Below are positions 20,961 to 31,032 of a stretch of DNA of 64,000 nt, one piece after another; position 1 is the stretch's first letter, and every line of letters starts with the position of its first letter. The stretch comes from an uncultured Clostridiaceae bacterium (GTDB lineage Bacteria; Bacillota; Clostridia; TANB77; CAG-508). The position numbers were made by a program, and so were the translations under genes. The notes under the pieces are model-generated. The model saw only the letters and a list, made by a program, of their open reading frames with translations, was not told the origin of the DNA and made no database searches. The stretch is from positions 1,369 to 65,368 of the forward strand of contig CATLDI010000001.1 of assembly GCA_949902805.1 (NCBI GenBank), in the 5' to 3' direction.

Positions 20961-22199
20961 TTAGTTTGTTTTCTTTCCTATATATGAGTTTTTCTTGCCT
21001 CTTTTTACTATTATATATGTTCCTTCTATAAACATATTTTCATCTATAACTTGATTTACGTCTGTTATTTTTTCTCCGTTTACTGATATTGCTCCGTTTC
21101 CTATAAATTCTCTTGCTTCTCTTTTGCTTGATGCTGCTCCTATGTTTACAGCTAAATCTGCTATTGTTTGATTTGCTTCTACCTCTTTTATTTGTTCGTT
21201 TCCGAATAGGTCTTCTATGTCTTTTTTGGTTAGGTCATTATATTTATTGTTAAATAGATGGTCTGCTAAGTTTACTGCTCTTTCATATTCTTCTTTCCCG
21301 TGTAAGAATGTTATTATTTCTCTTGCTAGTGCTTTGTGGGCTTCTCTGTATTCTGGGTGCTCGTTATTTTTTCTTTCATATTCTTCTATTTCTTCTTTTG
21401 ATAGGAAGGTGTATATTTTTAGGTAATCTATTACCATTGAGTCTTCTACATTTGTGAAGAATTGGTATAGTTTATAGCTTGATGTTTTTTCTTTGTCTAG
21501 CCATAGGGCGTTTCCTTCGCTTTTTCCAAATTTCTTTCCTTGTGAGTCTGTTACTAATGGCATTGTGAAACCGTATACTTCGTCTCCTGTTGATTTTCTA
21601 ATTAAGTCTATCCCTGCTGTTATATTTCCCCATTGGTCTGAACCTGCACATTGTAAGTTCACATTTTTGTGTTCGTGTAGGTATTTAAAATCTAGGGCTT
21701 GTAATATCATGTATGAAAATTCTGTGTAGGTTATCCCTGAGTCTAGTCTTCTTCTTATTATGTCTTTGTCTAACATGTAATTTACATTAAAGTATTTTCC
21801 ATAGTCTCTTAAAAAGTCTATTACATTTATGTCTTTATACCAGTCGTTGTTATTTACTACTTCGAAGCCAAATATTTTTTCTACTTGGGCTTTTAGTTTT
21901 TCAAAGTTTGCGTTTACTTCTTTCTTGGTTGCCATTGCTCTTTCTGTTGTTGGTCGTGGGTCTCCTATCATTCCTGTTCCACCACCTACTAATAGTATTG
22001 GTGTGTGTCCTGCATCTTTTAGTCTTTTTGAAATTAGGAAGCTTGATAAGTGCCCTACATGTAAGCTATCTGCTGTTGGGTCTGTTCCTATATAAAATGT
22101 TAAACCTCCATTATTTAATTTTTCTTCTAAATCTGGACTAGAAATGTCTTTAATTAGTCCTCTCCATTTTAATTCTTCTACTAGTGTCATTGTTTTCAT
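20961..22199 (-). CDS. tyrS: tyrosine--tRNA ligase (likely start MKTMTLVEEL; ORF-track start at 22286 is upstream in T-box leader)
   Basis: HVGHL (HIGH) and KFGKS (KMSKS) motifs, S4 domain C-terminus. Confidence 0.9.
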   Translation of the reverse strand: MKTMTLVEELKWRGLIKDISSPDLEEKLNNGGLTFYIGTDPTADSLHVGHLSSFLISKRLKDAGHTPILLVGGGTGMIGDPRPTTERAMATKKEVNANFEKLKAQVEKIFGFEVVNNNDWYKDINVIDFLRDYGKYFNVNYMLDKDIIRRRLDSGITYTEFSYMILQALDFKYLHEHKNVNLQCAGSDQWGNITAGIDLIRKSTGDEVYGFTMPLVTDSQGKKFGKSEGNALWLDKEKTSSYKLYQFFTNVEDSMVIDYLKIYTFLSKEEIEEYERKNNEHPEYREAHKALAREIITFLHGKEEYERAVNLADHLFNNKYNDLTKKDIEDLFGNEQIKEVEANQTIADLAVNIGAASSKREAREFIGNGAISVNGEKITDVNQVIDENMFIEGTYIIVKRGKKNSYIGKKTN

Positions 22200-22520
22200 T
22201 CCTTTCTTATATTTTAATTTTATCCTACTTTTAACAAAAGAGCCAAATCTCCTTATATTAAAGGACGATTTGACTCGTGGTACCACCTTTATTTATATAA
22301 ATTTTGTTTATACCTTATTATAAGCTGTTCGTAGCTTGTACGTTAATTACTGTAAGAATTGTATTTCATAATTTTATATTCTGATAGTTTTCAGCAAACC
22401 ACTACCTCTCTTTATTTGTTGTAACTATAAAATTATTACTTGTTTTCTTTTTAAAATGCAATTAAATTAAACTGTATTTATTATACTATATTGTTTTTGT
22501 GTTTGCAAGTATAAATTTGA
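22200..22520 (-). promoter_or_regulatory. T-box riboswitch leader for tyrS
   Basis: minus-strand AAAGGTGGTACCACGAG (T-box consensus GGTGGTACCGCG) at about 22274-22290, AGAGAG stem I element, UAC-containing specifier region. Confidence 0.7.
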
Positions 22521-22523
22521 ATT

Positions 22524-23186
22524 TTAGTCGTTCGTCAAATCTCCATTCACACTTACTGGTATGCTCTCACCTAAATAAGTAGGTTTTGATTTTAATATAC
22601 ATTTTATAAAGTCTTTATCTCTTGCTAGTATTTCTCTTATCTCTCTTGATGTTTGTCCATAATATTGTGTTTTTATTGCTGGTACGCCATATGTTTCTAT
22701 TCCTAGTTTGTTTCCTATATATACTGCTCTATATAAGTGATATTCTTGTGTTACTACCGTTAGTTTTTCTACTTTGAATATATACCCTGCTCTATATAAA
22801 CTTTCATAGGTTGAGAAGCCTGCATGGTCCATAAATATGCTTTCACTTGGTATTTCATTTTCTATTAAGTATTTTTTCATAGCATTTACTTCGTCATATT
22901 CTTCTCTTCCATGGTCTCCTGATACTATTATCTTTTCTGATATACCTTGTTTATATAGTTCTACTGCTTTATCTAGTCTATCTTTTAACATTAAACTTAA
23001 AGAGCCATCTTCCATTACTTGGCAGCCTAATACTAATATTGCATCTGACTCCTTTGCATTTTTTACTTCTTGTATAATGTTTCTACTTGCAACTGATTTT
23101 ACATATTGGTTTATTCCAAATACTACTATTATTCCTAGTATTATTATTGTAACTATTGCTATTATTATTTTTCTTATTTTTTTCAT
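22524..23186 (-). CDS. SanA/YdcF (DUF218) family membrane-anchored protein
   Basis: ILVLGCQV..DGSLS...DRLD.A..LYKQG...IIVSGDHG...EV.AMKKYL. Confidence 0.7.
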   Translation of the reverse strand: MKKIRKIIIAIVTIIILGIIVVFGINQYVKSVASRNIIQEVKNAKESDAILVLGCQVMEDGSLSLMLKDRLDKAVELYKQGISEKIIVSGDHGREEYDEVNAMKKYLIENEIPSESIFMDHAGFSTYESLYRAGYIFKVEKLTVVTQEYHLYRAVYIGNKLGIETYGVPAIKTQYYGQTSREIREILARDKDFIKCILKSKPTYLGESIPVSVNGDLTND

Positions 23187-23353
23187 ATATTTTTCTCCTT
23201 AAGTTTTATTTAATTATATCATATATTTTTAAGTATAAAAGTAATTTTTTAAACATATTTACATATTTAATAATTTTACTTTATATACATTTAAATATAG
23301 AAAGGCTGAATGTTTTAGCATTCAGTCTTTCTATATTTTACTATTATATTAAC

Positions 23354-25372
23354 TTATAATTTTGTTTTTTCTGTGACAACTTCACACACTAAATCTGCTG
23401 TTTTTTCTACTCCTAATGTAGCTGTATTTATGCATATATCGTAGTTTGAATGGTTATTCCATTCTTTCTCTGTGTAGTATTTGTAGTGATTTGCTCTTAG
23501 TTTATCTATTCTACTTATTTCTTTTTGTGCTTTTTCTGTATCAAGGTGGTAAAATTCAGTTGCTCTTTTTATTTTGTCTTCCATATTGCTATATATAAAT
23601 ACTTTTATTACATTTTTTCTGTCCTTTAAAGTAAAGTCTGCACATCTTCCTATTATTACACAAGATTCTTTGCTTGCTAATTCTTTTATTAGCTCAGCTT
23701 CTTTTAAGAATAGTTCGTCACTATTGTTTAAACCAAAATAGTATCCGTTATTTAAGTTAGCAAGTAATTCTTTCTTTTGCTCATTGCTTTCTATGTATTC
23801 TTCTGATAGTCCAGTTTTTTCTGCTAATTTTGTTATTATTTCTTTGTCATAGAATTTTATTCCTAGTTTATCTGCAATTAGTCTTCCTACATATCTTCCT
23901 CCTGAGCCGTATTCTCTTGATATTGTTATTACCATATGTTTATCTAGTTTGTTATCTTCTGATGTGTTATCTTCTAAAGCTTCACTTTTTATTTTTGCTT
24001 TCCCAAGATTTTTTATTTCAATTATAAGTAATAATCCTGCTATTATGAAGGCTAAACCATCTGCAAATGGTCCTGAATATAGGAAACCTTTTATTCCAAA
24101 TAATTCTCCAAGTACCACCATTGCTGGTATTAAGAATAGTATCTGTCTTGATAATGAAAGTATTGCACTTTTTGCACTTTTTCCTATTGCTTGGAAGAAT
24201 ATTCCTGCTGGAATTTGTATTCCATTACATATACATAGCATTAAATATGTTCTAAATGATATACATGCAAATTCCATGTATAGTTCATCTCCACTACCAA
24301 ATATAGCAATTAATTTATCTGGTATTGTTTGGAATAGTATAAATGCTATTGTACTAATTACTACACTTGTTCCTAATACTATTTTTAAAGTTTGTTTTAC
24401 TCTATCCATTTTTCCTGCGCCATAGTTATAACCTAGTATTGGTTGTGAACCTGCTGCAATTCCTATTACTATACTATTTAATATTTGGCTTATTTTCATA
24501 ACAATTCCTAATACAGTAATTGGTATTTCTGAACCAAATTTTGAATCCTGCCCATATTTTCCAAGTAAATTATTTTCAACTGCTATTACTAATACTATAC
24601 TTATTTGAGTAATAAAACTACTTATTCCTAAAGCTGATACTTTTTGTATTACCTTTAATTTTAGTTTAAATTCTTCTTTTCCTATTTTTATAGATTTGAA
24701 TTTTTTAATATACATTATATTCATTGTAAATGTTACTATTTGACTTATAACAGTTGCTATTGCTGCACCTTCTACTCCCATTTTAAATACAAATATGAAT
24801 ATTGGGTCTAATATAATATTTAATATGGCACCTAACACCATTGATGTCATTGCATATTTTGGGTTTCCATCTGCTCTTATTATAGAGTTTAGAGTTGTTC
24901 CTACCATCATAAATGGCAAGCCTATTGCTATTATAAAGCCATAGCCTAAAGCATAATCTCTTAAAGCTTCTGTACATCCAAATAAATTAAGTAATTGTGG
25001 TAAAAATATTAATATTATAGCGCACAAAATTATTGCTGTTATTATAGATATTGCAATACCATTTCCAACACCTTTACTTGCTTCTTTTTCTTTCTTTTCT
25101 CCTAGTCTTAAGCTTAAATATGCTGAACTTCCATCTCCAAACATTAATGAAAAAGATAAGCATACCATAGTTAATGGGAAAACTATATTAGTTGCTCCAT
25201 TTCCTAAATATCCAACTCCCCAACCAATAAATATTTGGTCTACTATGTTGTATAAAGAGTTTACTAATAAAGATATGATACATGGAACAGAAAATTTTCT
25301 AATTAATTTTCCTATTTTTTCTTTTCCTAAAATGTTTTCTTCTTTTTCCAATTTGATCTTCTCCTTTCTCAT
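23354..25372 (-). CDS. MATE-family efflux transporter fused in frame to a C-terminal cytidylate-kinase-like (Cytidylate_kin2) domain
   Basis: about 450 aa 12-TM MATE domain, then MVITISREYGSGGRYVG... nucleotide-kinase-like P-loop domain without intervening stop. Confidence 0.7.
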   Translation of the reverse strand: MRKEKIKLEKEENILGKEKIGKLIRKFSVPCIISLLVNSLYNIVDQIFIGWGVGYLGNGATNIVFPLTMVCLSFSLMFGDGSSAYLSLRLGEKKEKEASKGVGNGIAISIITAIILCAIILIFLPQLLNLFGCTEALRDYALGYGFIIAIGLPFMMVGTTLNSIIRADGNPKYAMTSMVLGAILNIILDPIFIFVFKMGVEGAAIATVISQIVTFTMNIMYIKKFKSIKIGKEEFKLKLKVIQKVSALGISSFITQISIVLVIAVENNLLGKYGQDSKFGSEIPITVLGIVMKISQILNSIVIGIAAGSQPILGYNYGAGKMDRVKQTLKIVLGTSVVISTIAFILFQTIPDKLIAIFGSGDELYMEFACISFRTYLMLCICNGIQIPAGIFFQAIGKSAKSAILSLSRQILFLIPAMVVLGELFGIKGFLYSGPFADGLAFIIAGLLLIIEIKNLGKAKIKSEALEDNTSEDNKLDKHMVITISREYGSGGRYVGRLIADKLGIKFYDKEIITKLAEKTGLSEEYIESNEQKKELLANLNNGYYFGLNNSDELFLKEAELIKELASKESCVIIGRCADFTLKDRKNVIKVFIYSNMEDKIKRATEFYHLDTEKAQKEISRIDKLRANHYKYYTEKEWNNHSNYDICINTATLGVEKTADLVCEVVTEKTKL

Positions 25373-25707
25373 GCGAAGCGTGTACTATTCACTCTTCACT
25401 ATTCACTTAAAAATCAGAAATCAAATTTAGAGTGATTTCTTTGTAGAATAATAATTATTCCGACATCCGACTTCTGACATCCAATTGACACAAAAATACA
25501 ACACAAAATAAAATGCGTTGTTCGTTAATCATTATTTTAAAATAATGTTTGTTTCCATTTGCCACCTTTCTATTATATCATATTTTTTTGTTTTGTCAAA
25601 GAGTTTTTTAGGCAAATTTGTAGACTTTTACATAATACTATGGTATAATCATTCAAGTTTTACAGTAACTATAAATTCTTATCTTATGATTATAAAGAGG
25701 AAAATTT

Positions 25708-26322
25708 ATGAGTATTAAAGTTAAAGGGATACCTATTCAGAATGAGGAATTAAGCTATGACAAAGAAATACCTTTTTCTTATTTAACTGCTAAAGGTCAG
25801 GAAAGAATGTTTTTAGATAACAAAGAGCTTTTTATTTGTGAAGCGTTTGATTCTAAATATGCTACTGTTAGACAACTGGCTCGTGAAAATATGTCAGACT
25901 GCTCTTCAGTAACATTAAATGAAGTGCTTAAATTTCTTTTTATAGGACGTACTGTTGTTAACTGTGATTTAATTCTGGAAATACTTGCTATTCCTAATTT
26001 GGTATTAGATGATAGTATTAGAGTATCTCTTTCAACTTCCGATTACTGGCCGTTAAGACAATGGGTAGCCCATGATGCAAATACACCATTAGATTTATTG
26101 TATGAGATGCTTATTCCGGCAGTAAATTCTGTTTTCTGGTATAGTGATTTTATTATTCTTGATGCCCTTGTTAGTAATACTAATTTTGAAATGTCTGAAT
26201 CATTAAAGTATGTAATATATTCCATTTATGAAAAAGCTGAAAAATCTCCATCTCTTTTAAACAAGGATTCTGAGCTTTCAAAAACTATATCAGATATCAA
26301 AGAAATATTAAGTAAATACTAA
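25708..26322 (+). CDS. alpha-helical repeat (HEAT/LRV-like) protein, unknown function
   Basis: 204 aa; repeated ..VRQLA.. motifs. Confidence 0.45.
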   Translation: MSIKVKGIPIQNEELSYDKEIPFSYLTAKGQERMFLDNKELFICEAFDSKYATVRQLARENMSDCSSVTLNEVLKFLFIGRTVVNCDLILEILAIPNLVLDDSIRVSLSTSDYWPLRQWVAHDANTPLDLLYEMLIPAVNSVFWYSDFIILDALVSNTNFEMSESLKYVIYSIYEKAEKSPSLLNKDSELSKTISDIKEILSKY

Positions 26323-26438
26323 TGTTTACAAAAAGTAGAGAAACTTAAATTAAAAGTTCCTCTACTTTTTGTTTTACTTTCTAAATTTTGGATACACTAA
26401 TAATATTAAATAAAGTTGTGAAAGGAATGTGATTTTAT

Positions 26439-26873
26439 ATGGAAAATCAAAATTTGAATATTTTAGATGAGGTTAATAAAGGTGCTACTATGGGAATGGA
26501 TGCTATTTCTTTTGTTTCTGATAAGGTAACAGATGATACCTTTAAAGACGTTTTAGATGTTGAGTACAATAAATACAAAAAAATATCTAATAGAGTTAAT
26601 GATATATACTCAAATTATAGTAATAAAGAGCCACACGAAACAAATGTTATGAACAAAGCTATGACTTGGTATGGAGTTCAAATGAAAACTATGACAGATG
26701 ATACTACTTCTAAACTATCTGAATTATTAATGCAAGGAACTAATATGGGAATTATTGAAGGTAGAAGACTTCTTAATCAAAACCCTAATGCTGCTAAAAA
26801 TGTAAAAGATGTTTTAAATGATTTTGTTGTCATGCAAGAAGATAGTGTTGAAACTTTAAAAAAATATTTATAA
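26439..26873 (+). CDS. hypothetical protein (helical, possibly spore-coat/four-helix-bundle-like)
   Basis: 144 aa ORF with RBS; followed by strong terminator. Confidence 0.45.
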   Translation: MENQNLNILDEVNKGATMGMDAISFVSDKVTDDTFKDVLDVEYNKYKKISNRVNDIYSNYSNKEPHETNVMNKAMTWYGVQMKTMTDDTTSKLSELLMQGTNMGIIEGRRLLNQNPNAAKNVKDVLNDFVVMQEDSVETLKKYL

Positions 26874-26907
26874 TGGTGACAAGGAAAGATTTCCCTAAAA
26901 TAAAAAT

Positions 26908-26940
26908 GGCAAGTCGTAATTATGACTTGCCATTTTTATT
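26908..26940. terminator. bidirectional rho-independent terminator GGCAAGTCGTAATTATGACTTGCC + T-run
   Basis: perfect 8-bp stem followed by TTTTTATT. Confidence 0.75.
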
Positions 26941-26960
26941 TTTAATGTGAAGATAATCTT

Positions 26961-27647
26961 TTAGATAAAGATAATCTTTCTGTCACCTCCTAAAAGGTAC
27001 TCCCAGTCCTCTTTGTTCCTTCCTTTTTTGCCGGCTGCTATGCCTCTAACTTTGCCTTCTGCAGCAACTACCTGAATGTAGCGATTGTTTTCTACCTGAG
27101 CCATATCAAATATTCCATAAAGTTTTGTAGGTTCTCCTGTGCTGGAGTATGCCTGCAACATCTTTATTCTGCCGCCATCTTCTCCCGTTAGGTCGATTTC
27201 CTTCTTGTCGATATTTTCGCGTTTCACAATACCCATTTTGCCTCCCAGGTCCTGTTTAGCACATATATATCGAACTTTTTCTCTCAGCTGAACAGCCTTC
27301 TTTATGGTCCCATTTGTTACTGCGTTTTTGGCAGAAACTTCACCGGTGAATACATACTGGTCTTCGCTACCCTGTAACTTGGTATATACAGGAAGTTTTT
27401 CCTTTTCGTACACTGCCGGGTCATAGTATTCGCATACCTTATATTCCTTTGTAGGATCATATTTGTTTGGTATTGCGACTACTCTGCATCCAATGCCTGC
27501 TTTTTTCAAAGCATCCGCATATTCTACTTTTACATACGGTAATTTCCGGTCAATTGGATTTCCACCTTTTGCTGTTAAGATGTAATCTTTGCCATCATAA
27601 AAGTAGCATTTCGGTAAGCGAGCTTTTTCTGTTGCTTTAATTTTCAT
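26961..27647 (-). CDS. hypothetical protein in a compositionally foreign (much higher GC) segment
   Basis: 228 aa ORF, AGGAGG RBS, GC about 45% vs about 27% background; contains an in-frame CGG (27546-27548) read through as a sense codon. Confidence 0.5.
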   Translation of the reverse strand: MKIKATEKARLPKCYFYDGKDYILTAKGGNPIDRKLPYVKVEYADALKKAGIGCRVVAIPNKYDPTKEYKVCEYYDPAVYEKEKLPVYTKLQGSEDQYVFTGEVSAKNAVTNGTIKKAVQLREKVRYICAKQDLGGKMGIVKRENIDKKEIDLTGEDGGRIKMLQAYSSTGEPTKLYGIFDMAQVENNRYIQVVAAEGKVRGIAAGKKGRNKEDWEYLLGGDRKIIFI

Positions 27648-27822
27648 AGTGTTTCCTCCTTTTGAAAGGTGTTAAAAGTGTTTAATTGTTTCAATATTTA
27701 TATTTTACCACATTATGTTAATATTTGCAACTGTTTTTAAAAAATTTTTATTTTTCTTGAAGTTTTTATATTTTATTATTATAATATATATGCTTTAAAT
27801 ATACACAGAGGGAGTTTTTTGT

Positions 27823-28176
27823 ATGGAACATTGGAGTGTTGAAGATTATAAAAATTTTACAGATGGTAAAAAGAAAAAAAGTAAATATAGAGCTAATAAG
27901 GTTTCTGTTGATGGTCATACTTTTGATAGTCAGAAAGAGGCTGATTATTATTGTGAGCTTAAATTAAAATTACAGGCAAAAGAAATAAATGGCTTTTGTT
28001 TGCAACCTACTTTTATATTAGCGCCTAGTTTAAAATATAAAGCTGACTTTATTGTTTTTAATAAAGATGGCTCTACTGAAGTTATTGATGTTAAAGGTTT
28101 TAAAACTAAGGAATATATTGCTAAAAAGAAAGTTTTTGAAGATAAATTCAATTTGAAAATAACTGAAATAATGTAA
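27823..28176 (+). CDS. DUF1064-like (phage-associated, restriction-endonuclease-fold) protein
   Basis: 117 aa; ...YRANKVSVDGHTFDSQKEADYYCEL...YKADFIVFNKDGSTEVIDVKG; own TTGAAG-17-TATAAT promoter. Confidence 0.55.
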   Translation: MEHWSVEDYKNFTDGKKKKSKYRANKVSVDGHTFDSQKEADYYCELKLKLQAKEINGFCLQPTFILAPSLKYKADFIVFNKDGSTEVIDVKGFKTKEYIAKKKVFEDKFNLKITEIM

Positions 28177-28180
28177 GCTG

Positions 28181-28304
28181 TCAATAGGGACGGAGCTTTT
28201 TGACACTAATGTTGTCAATGGGGACACTCTTTTTAATTTTTCTAAAAAAGGTCTGTCCCTGTTGACACAAAAGTTGTCAAAAAGCTCCGTCCCTATTGAC
28301 AATT
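28181..28304. repeat. complex nested palindrome: 28-nt inverted repeats TGTCAATAGGGACGGAGCTTTTTGACA flanking inner GGGGACAC/GTCCCTG inverted repeats
   Basis: 28-nt arm is identical to 54167-54194. Confidence 0.7.
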
Positions 28305-28570
28305 TACATTTCGAATATGTTCGCTTTTAATATTATTTTTGTTATTTTACTTTTTTCGCTTAATGGTATTTCCCATACACTTCCTATTATAGATTTTCCT
28401 TTTATATACTCTTTTGTTGCTTTTCCTATAGCCTTATTTAAGCTTCTTTGCAAGTCTACTTTATTAGTATATATTGATAATATCTTTTCATTATATAGTA
28501 CGTTTATTGTTGTTTCTGTTTCTGATTTATTTGGTTCTTTGTATAACTTTTTTGTTTCTTCTTTTTTCAT
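28304..28570 (-). CDS. hypothetical protein
   Basis: 88 aa ORF. Confidence 0.35.
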   Translation of the reverse strand: MKKEETKKLYKEPNKSETETTINVLYNEKILSIYTNKVDLQRSLNKAIGKATKEYIKGKSIIGSVWEIPLSEKSKITKIILKANIFEM

Positions 28571-28600
28571 TTTTACATCCTTCTAAATATAATAATCAAA

Positions 28601-28648
28601 AAGGGCATAATTCGGTATTTTATTATATATATTACCGATTAGGCCCTT
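28601..28648. repeat. MITE/REP-like palindrome AAGGGCATAATTCGGTA...TACCGATTAGGCCCTT (family copy 2)
   Basis: see 7138-7193. Confidence 0.6.
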
Positions 28649-28721
28649 ATAATTCAATTATAGTATGTAATATTTTATTAAACTAATTTTCTAGCTTTGC
28701 TTATTTTTATACTATAATTGT

Positions 28722-29045
28722 TTATTCTTCATTTGTTTCTATTTCTTCTATCTCTTCAGTTATATTTTCTACTGGTTGTACACTTGCTGGTGTACTACCA
28801 AATGAAAATACTTTCTTTGCTGCTTTTTGCTTTTCTTCGAATTTTTTATAGAATTCTTCTTTTGCTTCATTTAGTGTTTCTTCCATTGCGTTAAACATTT
28901 CTTCTATATCTTGTTTTGTAAAATCATAACTATTGCTTCTTGCCATTGGCTCTAATATTTGAATATCGTGTAATACGTTATTTACTCTCTTTCCTGCATA
29001 TTCCATGAACTTGTTTCTTTTTTCTTCATTTACTTCTCTCTCCAT
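28722..29045 (-). CDS. hypothetical acidic protein
   Basis: 107 aa ORF. Confidence 0.4.
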   Translation of the reverse strand: MEREVNEEKRNKFMEYAGKRVNNVLHDIQILEPMARSNSYDFTKQDIEEMFNAMEETLNEAKEEFYKKFEEKQKAAKKVFSFGSTPASVQPVENITEEIEEIETNEE

Positions 29046-29123
29046 TTTGTTTCTCTCCTTATTTTATTGTATTTTTTCTTCTTTTATAAAATATCACAAC
29101 TTTTTTCAAAATTCAAATGTTTT

Positions 29124-30033
29124 TTAAATTTCTTTTCGAATTTTTGCAATAAAAAATCCTTCATATTTTTTAGTAGGCATAACACAAAGTGTTCCTTCTA
29201 TTTTTGTTGGTAATAGTGGCAGTTCTTCTTTTCCTTCAAATTCAATAGGTATTATTTTAGTATTATTTTCCTTCAATATTTTATTTACTATTTCTTCATT
29301 CTCATTCCAAAGTATTGAACAGGTCGAATAAACCATTTCGTGACCTGGCTTTAGTATCTTTATTGCTTTTTTTAGAAGTTGTAACTGTGATGTGTTAGAT
29401 TTTTCTATTAGTTTTTTTGTAAATGTTTTTTCTAGGTTAGAATCATTTATATTTATAGTTCCACTTCCGTGAACATGGTGCATCTAATAGAATTTGGTCA
29501 AATGAGAAGAAGTCGTTTATTCTTCTACTATCTGTTTGCATTGTGTATACTGAGGTTGCTCCTTGTTTTTCTATATTGTATTTTAGTCTTTCTAGCCTTA
29601 TAGTGTTCATTTCACAAGCTGTTATGTGAGCATTGTTTTGAGTTAACGCTGCAAGCTGTGTGGTTTTTCCTCCTGGTGCTGCTGCCATATCTAATATGTC
29701 ATAGTTTTCCTTTGGATTTAATATGATTGGTGGTAACATTGATGATAAGCTTTGTAGATATATTTCCCCATTTTTATACATTTCTGTATTTTCTATTTCT
29801 TTTTCGTTTGCATTATTTATTATAAAAGCTTCTTTGCTCCAAGGTACTTTTTCAAATTCAATATTTCTTTTAGTTAATTCTTCTTCTATTTCTATAACAG
29901 TTGTTTTTAATGTATTTACTCTAAATGTGAGTGGCCTTCTTAGAGCATATCCTTCTATTATTTCTTGTGACAGTTTTTCTCCATATTGCTCTTTTAACAT
30001 TTCTTCTAAAAATTCTGGTAATTTGTTTTCCAT
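29124..30033 (-). CDS. NOL1/NOP2/Sun-family RNA m5C methyltransferase; frame interrupted at in-frame CGG (29467-29469) inside the DAPCSGSG motif and restored by +1 shift
   Basis: ...LLDAPCS then CGG; skipping C gives GSGTININ..., the canonical SAM-MTase motif; ORF track splits the gene in two. Confidence 0.8.
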
Positions 30034-30153
30034 TATATTTTTCTCCTTTTTTATTAGAGCTTATTATTTTCCTACTTTCTAGCATTCATATTTCAATTCA
30101 TTTTTAGTATATGTCAAAAGAGCTTGAAAATCAAGCTCTTTTAAGTATTATTT

Positions 30154-30951
30154 TTATCCTAATGCTACATCTAGTACCATCATTAGTACAAAGCCTCCAA
30201 TTAGTCCAAATGTTGCTAAATTTTTGTTGTCTTTTACTGATTCTGGTAGTAATTCTCTTGCAACTACTATTATCATTGCTCCTGCTGCAAATGCTAGTAA
30301 AAATGGTAACATACTTCTTATATATAACACAAGTACTGCTCCAATTACTGCAGATATTGGTTCAACTAATGCAGATGCCTGACCTATCATAAAGCTTTTA
30401 AACCTTGAATATCCTTCACTTCTAAGTGGAAGGGATACTGCTGCGCCTTCTGGGAAATTTTGAATGCCTATACCTACTGCTAACATAATAGCTCCTATTA
30501 ATGCCATTCCTGGTACACCACTTGCAATTCCTCCAAATGCTACACCTATTGCCATACCTTCTGGTATATTGTGTATTGTTATTGCTGATATTAGAAGTAT
30601 ACTTCTTTTTAGTGATGAATCACTTCTTAAATTTCCTTTACTTTTTAATACTTTGTCTAAAAATCTGTCAGATAGTAATACAAATAGTCCTCCAACAATA
30701 AATCCTATTGCTGGTAGCAACCATTCTATGTATCCTAGTTCTGCTGATAATTCAATAGATGGAGCTATTAGCGACCAAAAAGCTGCTGCAATCATTACAC
30801 CTGCACTAAAGCCTAATATTGTATCTAATACTTTTTTATTTATTTCTTTAAAAAAATATACTACAAGTGCTCCAAGTGCTGTTACTCCCCATGTAAATGT
30901 TGCTGCAATTAATGCTTGAATTACTGGGCTTAAATTTTCATACCAATTCAA
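30154..30951 (-). CDS. ZIP-family divalent metal transporter (ZupT-like)
   Basis: 265 aa, 8 TM, His-rich conserved helices. Confidence 0.8.
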   Translation of the reverse strand: MNWYENLSPVIQALIAATFTWGVTALGALVVYFFKEINKKVLDTILGFSAGVMIAAAFWSLIAPSIELSAELGYIEWLLPAIGFIVGGLFVLLSDRFLDKVLKSKGNLRSDSSLKRSILLISAITIHNIPEGMAIGVAFGGIASGVPGMALIGAIMLAVGIGIQNFPEGAAVSLPLRSEGYSRFKSFMIGQASALVEPISAVIGAVLVLYIRSMLPFLLAFAAGAMIIVVARELLPESVKDNKNLATFGLIGGFVLMMVLDVALG

Positions 30952-31032
30952 TTTTTCTCACCTCACATTACATAATATGTAATGTGTTTATATTATGCTA
31001 CTAGGTAAGTATATAATTTAGGCTTTATTTTT

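Noticed and set aside
30111-30392. 93-aa plus-strand ORF (Leu/Gln-rich)
   Set aside because: Antisense to the ZIP transporter gene.
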